A stretch of DNA of 32,000 nucleotides from an uncultured Opitutales bacterium (GTDB lineage: Bacteria; Verrucomicrobiota; Verrucomicrobiia; Opitutales; Intestinicryptomonadaceae), in the NCBI GenBank assembly GCA_934613415.1, contig CAKTSY010000006.1:90001-122000 (forward strand). Reading direction: 5' to 3'. Of this stretch, positions 25,491 through 32,000 are shown piece by piece. Every line of letters starts with the position of its first letter. Positions within the stretch are counted from its first letter, which is position 1. A program made the position numbers and the translations under genes. Below the pieces are notes generated by a model. It had not been told where the DNA came from. It ran no database searches and worked only from the letters and a program-made list of their open reading frames with translations.

Positions 25491-26863
25491 TGTCCGAATC
25501 GCTTCAAACAAAGGCATTGGGGCAGACGCCTATTTTGCGTCTGCTTTGGCGTTTCTACATTCCTGCCCTATGCTCGACGGCAATGACCGCGCTCTACAAC
25601 ATTGTAGACCGCATTTTTGTGGGCAATTTTTGCGGCTCGCAGGGTTTGGCTGCAATAACAATCTGCATGTCGCCCGCGCTGCTTTTCTTGGCAATCTCTA
25701 TGCTTGTAGGGCAAGGCGGGGCAACTTTTGTATCGATTTGTTTGGGCAAAAAGAATGTGGATTTAGCCGAAAAGGCGGCAACACAATGCCTTTTGTTTTT
25801 TATTTTGTTTTGCGCCGCAATTTTTGTGGCGGCAATTTTTTTCACGCGCGAAATTATTTGGGCATTCGGCGCGCGCGGCGAAATTCTAGAACAGGCAACG
25901 CTGTATTATAGGGTAATTTTGCTCGGGCTTATTTTCGAAAAAATTTCGTTCGGGCTAAACAATATTATAAGGGCAGAAGGCCGCCCCGTATATTCGATGC
26001 TTACATTGTTTATAGGCACAATTTGCAACATTGTTTTAGACTGGCTTTTTATTGCAAAATTTAAATGGGGCATTCAGGGGGCCGCCATTGCCACAGTTGC
26101 CGCCCAAGCTATAGCCTCTCTTTGGGTATTGCGTTTCTATGCGTTAAAACTCGGGGTATTAAGGCTAAAACTATGCAACTTTAAATTTACAAAAAACGTG
26201 GTAAAAAAAATTGCGGCCTTTGGCTCGCCTTCGTTTGTAATACAAATGCTGGCCGCTTTGTCTACGGCGGTTATGCTAACGCAGGCCTCTAAATTGGGGA
26301 ATGCCGAGGGCGTTGCAATTATAGGCGTTGTAATGACTGCAAACCTTTTGGTTTTTTTGCCCGTGCTTGGAATGAATATGGGAGCGCAACCCATATACGG
26401 CTACAACTGGGGGGCAAAGCTTTATTTAAGAGTTAAAAGCGCGTTTAAATATACATTGTTTTTTACTTCGATTTTTGCGGCTGCCGGCTTTTTTGTGTTC
26501 TTTTCCTTTTCAAAAAACGTGTTCGAAATTTTTGTGTCGAACGAGCCTTTGCTTGTTTGCAAAGGGGCCTATGCCATGAAAATTATGGTGCTTTCGTTCT
26601 TCCTTTTGGGGATAAACATTTCAACATCGTCGTTTTTTCAGTCTACGGGCAGACCAAAGTTTTCGATATTTTTAACGGTGCTGCGCCAGCTTTTTGTTTT
26701 GGTGCCGCTAATGATTTTTTTGCCGGCCATATTCGGCGGCATTACGGGGCTTTGGGCGGCGTTCCCCATATCCGACGCTATTGTGGCAATATACTCTATA
26801 TTTATTACGTTAAGGGAATTCGGAATGCTTAACAACCTGAATAAAAAGCTAGAAAATTCTTGA
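25490..26863 (+). CDS. MATE-family efflux transporter
   Basis: A 457-aa ORF with about 12 TM segments. The N-terminal IPALCSTAMTALYNIVDRIFVG and the internal duplication pattern are typical of MATE/MepA-like pumps. It has a TAATG 1-nt overlap with ispG. Confidence 0.85.
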   Translation: MSESLQTKALGQTPILRLLWRFYIPALCSTAMTALYNIVDRIFVGNFCGSQGLAAITICMSPALLFLAISMLVGQGGATFVSICLGKKNVDLAEKAATQCLLFFILFCAAIFVAAIFFTREIIWAFGARGEILEQATLYYRVILLGLIFEKISFGLNNIIRAEGRPVYSMLTLFIGTICNIVLDWLFIAKFKWGIQGAAIATVAAQAIASLWVLRFYALKLGVLRLKLCNFKFTKNVVKKIAAFGSPSFVIQMLAALSTAVMLTQASKLGNAEGVAIIGVVMTANLLVFLPVLGMNMGAQPIYGYNWGAKLYLRVKSAFKYTLFFTSIFAAAGFFVFFSFSKNVFEIFVSNEPLLVCKGAYAMKIMVLSFFLLGINISTSSFFQSTGRPKFSIFLTVLRQLFVLVPLMIFLPAIFGGITGLWAAFPISDAIVAIYSIFITLREFGMLNNLNKKLENS

Positions 26864-26866
26864 TTT

Positions 26867-27604
26867 ATGAAACAGCAAAAAAAGGAAAATACTCTTTTAA
26901 GTTTGGCTTTCAACATTGCCATTCCAAGCATACTTTTAATTTGGGCGGGCAAGTTTTTAAAATCGAAGAGCATAGAAGACTTTTTTGGTGTAGATGCATT
27001 GCTTTGCGTATTTTTGCTGGCTTTGGCGTTCCCCACAATATACGGAGTTTACGACTTAATTGCCCGCAAAAAGTGGAATTTAATCGCAATTATAGGCGTT
27101 GTAAGCGTGTTTCTTACGGGTGGAATAGGCGTTATGCGCCTTTCCCGCGAATGGATTATTGCAAAGGAAACTTTAGTGCCCCTTGTGTTGGGAATTGCAG
27201 TTACAATTACTTCCTTTACCAAAAAACCCCTTGCAAAACTGCTTATTTTAAACGATGCCGTTTTAGACGTTAATAAAATAGAAAAACTTTTAAACGAGCG
27301 CGGAACAAAAGCCGCCTTCGACAGGGAGTTTTTAATTGCAACCTGGCTTTGCGCGTTTTCGTTTTTGCTCAGCGCGGCGCTTAACTTTTACCTTGCCTGC
27401 CGCATATTTACCGAGAACGCAACAATGGAAGAATTTAACGAACAAGTGGGCAAAATGACCGCCCTTTCGTGGCCGGTTATTGTTTTGCCGACAACAATCT
27501 TTTTGATTGCGGCAATGTTCAAAGTTTTTTCGGCAATAAAAAAGTGTTGCGGTGTTCCCTTCGAAGAGGTAGTTTCGCCACAATTACAGGAAAACAAAAA
27601 ATGA
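26867..27604 (+). CDS. polytopic inner-membrane protein of unknown function (VC0807/YciB-like by recollection)
   Basis: A 245-aa ORF with 5-6 hydrophobic segments. N-terminal pattern: KKENTLLSLAFNIAIPSILL...ALAFPTIYGVYDLIARKKWN...LTGGIGVM. I recognised no catalytic motif. Confidence 0.5.
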   Translation: MKQQKKENTLLSLAFNIAIPSILLIWAGKFLKSKSIEDFFGVDALLCVFLLALAFPTIYGVYDLIARKKWNLIAIIGVVSVFLTGGIGVMRLSREWIIAKETLVPLVLGIAVTITSFTKKPLAKLLILNDAVLDVNKIEKLLNERGTKAAFDREFLIATWLCAFSFLLSAALNFYLACRIFTENATMEEFNEQVGKMTALSWPVIVLPTTIFLIAAMFKVFSAIKKCCGVPFEEVVSPQLQENKK

Positions 27605-28551
27605 TATTGTCGCTTTCTACAAGTTATCTACAAAGCCGCTATGCCGACAACTCGTATAATATGCTTTGCCGCGCGCGCGAAATGGGCTTTGAATATGTCG
27701 AGTTGGGGCACTCTACCCCGCTTTTTGCTGTAGACGGCATTTTAAAGGCTGTAAACGAAAACATTGTAAAAGTTTCGTCGCTTCACAATTTTTGCCCAAT
27801 GCCCTCCTTTGCAACGGGTACGGCGTGCAACTTGTTTTCGCCTTCGTCTAAAAACAATGCCGAGGGCGAACTTTGGCAAAAACACACTTTAAATTCTCTT
27901 GATTTTGCAAAAAAAACGGGGGCAAGGGCAATAGTAAGCCACTCGGGGCAAATAACATATTTTTTTAGACCTATAGACTACAAAATACAAAAGTATCTTG
28001 ATTTTGTAAAAGACTATAAAACCCTAATAGACGACGAAAAATATAAAAAAATTGCCGCGAGCTTTAAGGAAAACTCCGCAAAAAAAAGCGAAAATCACTA
28101 CAAATTTTTGCAAAAAAACACAAACGCCGTATCCGAAAAATTCGAGGAAAGCTCGGTAAAAATAGGCATCGAAAACCGAGACCAAATTCCGGAACTACCC
28201 CTCGATTGGAATATGGCTGATATGTACAAAAAATATTTTTCAAATTCAAAAGTAGCATTTCTTTGGCACGATGTTGGCCATTCTATGAAAAAACAGCTTT
28301 TGGGATTGTACAACCAGCTTAAGCTTGCCGAAGAAATTGCTCCCTATCAAATTGGCTGGCATTTGCACGATTGCGACGAAAACGGCAAAGACCACATTGC
28401 AATAGGCAAAGGCATAATAGATTTTAAGGCACTTTCAAAATTCTTCGACGTAAAAAAACACATATTTACAATAGAGCTAAACAAGGCGGTTTCTATTGAA
28501 GACGCCATAGACTCGCGCAAAAGACTGGAGGACATAATATGCGGCGCATAG
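27601..28551 (+). CDS. xylose-isomerase-like TIM-barrel protein (sugar phosphate isomerase/epimerase family)
   Basis: From the ATG at 27601 (ATGA overlap with the upstream stop) the protein reads MILSLSTSYL...GFEYVELGH, with IVSHSG, IGIEN, WHDVGH and HLHDCDENGKDHIAIGKGIIDF further on. The ORF-track start at 27469 lies inside the upstream gene. Confidence 0.75.
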   Translation: MILSLSTSYLQSRYADNSYNMLCRAREMGFEYVELGHSTPLFAVDGILKAVNENIVKVSSLHNFCPMPSFATGTACNLFSPSSKNNAEGELWQKHTLNSLDFAKKTGARAIVSHSGQITYFFRPIDYKIQKYLDFVKDYKTLIDDEKYKKIAASFKENSAKKSENHYKFLQKNTNAVSEKFEESSVKIGIENRDQIPELPLDWNMADMYKKYFSNSKVAFLWHDVGHSMKKQLLGLYNQLKLAEEIAPYQIGWHLHDCDENGKDHIAIGKGIIDFKALSKFFDVKKHIFTIELNKAVSIEDAIDSRKRLEDIICGA

Positions 28552-29000
28552 TTGAATCTTGCAACAATTCTAAAAACGTAAAATTTAAAAGCAAAGATCT
28601 TGAGCTTTTTATAAACACTTTAGACAGAACTTTGCCCGAAAACCTGAAAGCTCCGATGGGGAATTTGTCGATTGGCGTTTTCGACAATGCAGACTTGGCC
28701 AAAATACATTTAGACTTTCTTAACGACCCAAAGGAAACCGACGTAATTACATTCGACGGCGACGAAACGGGTTTTGGCGGCGAAATTTGCGTTAGCGCCG
28801 AAAGGGCAATGCAATATGGTCCAAAATTTGGGAATACCGCAAACAGGGAATTGTGCCTATATGTAGCCCACGGCTACCTTCATTTGGCGGGCGTAAACGA
28901 CATAGAAGAGGAAGACGCAAAAAAAATGAGAGCCGCCGAAAAAATTGCTCTTGAAATTTTGGACAAAAATTTTAAACAACCTATATTTAAATTTGTATAA
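28539..29000 (+). CDS. ybeY: rRNA maturation endoribonuclease YbeY (variant metal motif)
   Basis: A 153-aa ORF with TDVITF and HGYLHLAGVND (compare the canonical HGxLHLxGYDH). A strong GGAGG (28527-28531) lies 7 nt upstream of the ATG, and the start lies 13 nt inside the upstream gene. Confidence 0.85.
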   Translation: MRRIVESCNNSKNVKFKSKDLELFINTLDRTLPENLKAPMGNLSIGVFDNADLAKIHLDFLNDPKETDVITFDGDETGFGGEICVSAERAMQYGPKFGNTANRELCLYVAHGYLHLAGVNDIEEEDAKKMRAAEKIALEILDKNFKQPIFKFV

Positions 29001-29004
29001 TACT

Positions 29005-29658
29005 ATGGTTAAAGTTTTAAGAAATTCAATCATTACGGGGCTTATAATTATTCTGCCCTTAACGGTAACGCTGTTCATACTCTATTTTTTGATAACAAAA
29101 ATAGGCAGCCCTGTAAGCCAAACAGTTATAGAACCCCTTATAAAGCAACTGGGTTTTCACATTTCCGATTCTCCGCTTTGGAGCATTTTGTTCAACTTTA
29201 TAGCCACACTTTTTGTTATGGTTATAATTGCAGTTGTGGGTTTCTTTTCGAAATTCTTCTTCGGCAAACTGGCAATAAACCTTTCGGAATCGCTTATTCA
29301 TAAAATACCTATTGCCAAACAGATATACAACACCGTTAAGCAGATTGTAGATACGTTTTCCAAGCAGAACAAGGCGGTTTTTCAACAGGTTGTTATGGTA
29401 GAATTTCCTAGCAAAGGGCTTTATTCTATAGGCTTTTTAACAAGCACAGCCAAAGGCGAAATTCAATCTAAAACGGGCGAAACCGTTGTTAATTTGTTTG
29501 TGCCTACAACACCAAATCCCACAAGCGGATTTTTAATTATGGTGCCGAAGCAAAATGTTACATATCTTGATATGTCGGTATCGGAAGGTATGAAACTTAT
29601 AATTTCGTTTGGAGCCGTTACCCCTAATTGGACGCCTGCCGAAATTGACGGAAAGTAG
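29005..29658 (+). CDS. DUF502-family membrane protein
   Basis: From the ATG at 29005 the protein reads MVKVLRNSIITGLIIILPLTVTLFILYFL. It has two N-terminal TM helices and the conserved VPTTPNPTSGFL block. The ORF-track start at 28945 overlaps ybeY and adds 20 unlikely residues. Confidence 0.8.
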   Translation: MVKVLRNSIITGLIIILPLTVTLFILYFLITKIGSPVSQTVIEPLIKQLGFHISDSPLWSILFNFIATLFVMVIIAVVGFFSKFFFGKLAINLSESLIHKIPIAKQIYNTVKQIVDTFSKQNKAVFQQVVMVEFPSKGLYSIGFLTSTAKGEIQSKTGETVVNLFVPTTPNPTSGFLIMVPKQNVTYLDMSVSEGMKLIISFGAVTPNWTPAEIDGK

Positions 29659-30253
29659 AATAGCCGAATGCATAGTTCTCGACAAGGAATTGCGCGCCGA
29701 GAACTTTATGATGTTTACCGTTCTTTCGAAAGAGCTTGGGTTAACCTATGCTCTTAAACGAGTTTCCTCTAAAAAGCAGACTTTTTTGCCGGATTATTTT
29801 GATATAATTTCGGCAAAGCTTTCGGTAAAATCCAAAATTTCGCCTTTTTTTATGGAAAGTTTTGAAATAAGCGAAAAGCTTTGCGAAAATTCGGCAAACT
29901 ACAATTCGCTTGTTGCAATGGGCAAGATTGTAAGGATAATAATAAAAAACGCCCCTTTTTTGGAAGACTGTTCAAGAATATATAAAACATTTTCTTTAGC
30001 GGTAAAGTCGTATAAAAACACAAACACGCCCGAAATTGTTAACATAAAATGGCTATACGACTTTGCTAAAAGCGAAGGCTACCCTGTTAGGGAAGACTTT
30101 TTAAGCACCCTACCCGATTTAGATTATAATAGCTTTTTAGAAATTGTTAAAACGCCCGTTTTAAGCTGTGTTGTAGATAAAGACAGCGCAAAACACCTTT
30201 TAAAGTTGTTCGAAACTTGGGTGTCTTTAAAAACAGACATAGTTTTAGAATAG
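29645..30253 (+). CDS. hypothetical protein, possibly a divergent RecO-like protein
   Basis: The ORF is open from 29609 and the start is uncertain: TTG at 29609, TTG at 29645, or ATG at 29708. Resemblance to RecO is weak: an N-terminal AECIVLDKE..FTVLSKELG..ALKRVSSKK, and later WLYDFAKSEGYPV. Its position downstream of ybeY fits the common ybeY...recO neighbourhood. Confidence 0.4.
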   Translation: MTESRIAECIVLDKELRAENFMMFTVLSKELGLTYALKRVSSKKQTFLPDYFDIISAKLSVKSKISPFFMESFEISEKLCENSANYNSLVAMGKIVRIIIKNAPFLEDCSRIYKTFSLAVKSYKNTNTPEIVNIKWLYDFAKSEGYPVREDFLSTLPDLDYNSFLEIVKTPVLSCVVDKDSAKHLLKLFETWVSLKTDIVLE

Positions 30254-30263
30254 TTTTATACAC

Positions 30264-30296
30264 AAAAAAAGGCGGTGTTGCCCCGCCCTTTTGTTT
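30264..30296. terminator. candidate bidirectional terminator between convergent genes
   Basis: A7 tract (30264-30270), 5-bp GC stem GGCGG (30271-30275) / CCGCC (30283-30287), 7-nt loop, then a T-rich tail TTTTGTTT. The short stem limits confidence. Confidence 0.45.
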
Positions 30297-30297
30297 G

Positions 30298-32000
30298 CTA
30301 CTTAAAAAGCTGTATAAGCAAAATGTTTATATCGGCCGGAGATACCCCCGAAATGCGGCTTGCCTGCCCAAGCGTTATGGGTTGTATTTTTGTAAGCTTT
30401 TGAGTGGCTTCAAGCCTTAAGCCTTTTATCGAAGAATAATCAAAATTGCGCGGCAACTTTTTGTCTTCTATATGCCCCATTTTTTCTATGTGCTTTAGAT
30501 CGCGCTCTAAGTAGCCTTTGTATATTACCCTATACAAGATTTCGTCTTTAATCGGTTTTGAAAGTTTTTTAAAGGCTTCGGGTAAATTTTCGGCAAAGCT
30601 TTCGCCCTCTTGCCTTAGCTTTAATGCCCACGAGCCCCCTTCTATCTTCTTAACCCAGCTTTCGGTAAGCTCTATTTTCTTTTTAATATTTTCAAGGCGT
30701 TCCTTGGGCATTAGCGAATATTTTTGGGCATATTTGTAAAGCCTGTGTTCCGCGCTATTGTGATTAAGCAAAAGCCTATATTCTGCCCTGCTTGTAAACA
30801 TTCTATAGGGCTCGAATGTGCCTTTATTTACCAAGTCGTCTATAAGAACGCCAATGTAGCTTTCGTGGCGTTTTAAAACCATAGGTTCTATGCCCGCAAT
30901 TTTTGCCGCGGCGTTAACGCCTGCTACTAGGCCCTGCCCTGCAGCTTCTTCGTAGCCGCTTGTACCGTTAATTTGCCCGGCGCAAAACAGGTTTTCCACA
31001 ATTTTAGACTCTAAACTTGCATATAGCTGCGTAGGCGGCGCATAGTCGTATTCAACGGCATAGGCAGGTCTTGTCATTTGCGCGTTTTCAAGGCCCGGTA
31101 TGGTTCTTAAAATCATTGATTGAACATCTATAGGTAACGATGTAGACAAACCGTTTATATACCACTCGTCGGTATAGCGACCTTCAGGCTCTAAAAATAG
31201 CCTGTGCCCCTCTTTGTCCGGAAACCTTACAATTTTATCTTCTATACTTGGGCAATAGCGCGGCCCTATTCCCTTTATCTGGCCGCCATACATTGCAGAT
31301 TTGCCCAAATTCTCCTTTATAACCTTGGCCGTTTCCAAATTTGTGTGTGTTTCCCAACAGCACATTTGGTCTTTGCCAAATCCTGTAAAACCCATCAACT
31401 TTTCGGATTGTTCCACATGGAACATTTCGCCCCTTGTTTCGTAAAAGGCAAACAATTGAGGAACTTCGTCGCCGTTTTGGCGCACGCATTTTGTAAAATC
31501 TACGGTTTTTCCCAATATTCGCGCGGGAGTTCCGGTTTTAAGCCTTTCTATCTGGATTCCGTTTTCCCTTAAAGAATCCGAAAGGTTTTCGGCCGAAATA
31601 TCTCCCATTCTGCCTCCCACGGTTTTATTAAAGCCAACGTGCAAAAGACCTTTTAAAAATGTTCCAGTTGTAAGGATTGCGGCTTTACAGGCAAAACTTT
31701 GCCCCAAGTTGGTTTTAACCCCCGCAATTTTACCGTTTTTTACTATAATATCTGTAACAATCGCCTGAAATATGCTTAAATTTTCGGCAAGTTCCAGAAC
31801 GTGCTTCATTCTAAATTGATATGCCTTTTTGTCGCACTGCGCGCGCGGACCTTGAACGGCAACACCTTTAGAACCGTTTAAAACCTTAAAGTGTATACCG
31901 CTTGCATCGGCATTTATTGCCATTTCGCCGCCCAAAGCGTCTATCTCTCTTACAATGTGCCCTTTAGCCAAACCGCCTATTGCCGGGTTGCAGCTCATTT
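30298..32000 (-). CDS. mnmG: tRNA uridine 5-carboxymethylaminomethyl modification enzyme MnmG (GidA), N-terminus beyond window
   Basis: The ORF is open to the window edge. It shows [41 protein letters not shown] and [20 protein letters not shown]. The FAD-binding N-terminal ~50 aa are missing from the window. Confidence 0.95.
   Translation of the reverse strand, partial: MSCNPAIGGLAKGHIVREIDALGGEMAINADASGIHFKVLNGSKGVAVQGPRAQCDKKAYQFRMKHVLELAENLSIFQAIVTDIIVKNGKIAGVKTNLGQSFACKAAILTTGTFLKGLLHVGFNKTVGGRMGDISAENLSDSLRENGIQIERLKTGTPARILGKTVDFTKCVRQNGDEVPQLFAFYETRGEMFHVEQSEKLMGFTGFGKDQMCCWETHTNLETAKVIKENLGKSAMYGGQIKGIGPRYCPSIEDKIVRFPDKEGHRLFLEPEGRYTDEWYINGLSTSLPIDVQSMILRTIPGLENAQMTRPAYAVEYDYAPPTQLYASLESKIVENLFCAGQINGTSGYEEAAGQGLVAGVNAAAKIAGIEPMVLKRHESYIGVLIDDLVNKGTFEPYRMFTSRAEYRLLLNHNSAEHRLYKYAQKYSLMPKERLENIKKKIELTESWVKKIEGGSWALKLRQEGESFAENLPEAFKKLSKPIKDEILYRVIYKGYLERDLKHIEKMGHIEDKKLPRNFDYSSIKGLRLEATQKLTKIQPITLGQASRISGVSPADINILLIQLFK

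Overview
This is a chromosomal window that is almost entirely housekeeping. I count 34 protein-coding genes (28 on +, 6 on -). I saw no rRNA, tRNA, CRISPR array, transposase, integrase or phage-like gene. The host is a diderm bacterium, since an LptE lipoprotein and a BamD-like TPR protein are present. It uses standard stop codons, sigma70-like TTGACA-type promoters, and mostly Shine-Dalgarno-less, A/T-rich translation starts.

Gene order:
- Minus-strand operon running off the left edge: exported SGNH hydrolase, carrier protein, compact adenylating ligase, SDR.
- tex.
- A monocistronic rhaA bracketed by hairpin terminators.
- A small Tsr3/DTW-like gene.
- A complete F1Fo ATP synthase operon atpBEFHAGDC, with an unusually short delta subunit.
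- rpmF (59 aa, missed by the ORF track), then plsX-fabH, a BamD-like gene, lptE and rpe.
- One isolated minus-strand HAD-like gene.
- An 11-kb tightly packed or overlapping plus-strand run: uppS-cdsA-dxr-rseP-ispG, a MATE transporter, a VC0807-like membrane protein, a TIM-barrel isomerase, ybeY, DUF502 and a weakly RecO-like ORF.
- Convergent mnmG, truncated at the right edge.

I found no convincing novel multi-gene system. The best candidates for a second look are:
- the edge-truncated carrier-protein/ligase/SGNH/SDR operon;
- the bacterial Tsr3-like acp-transferase;
- the half-length ATP synthase delta subunit;
- three enzymes (HAD-like, CdsA, YbeY) whose textbook catalytic or signature residues are substituted.

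All calls rest on reading motifs and colinearity by eye. No database search or computation was run.
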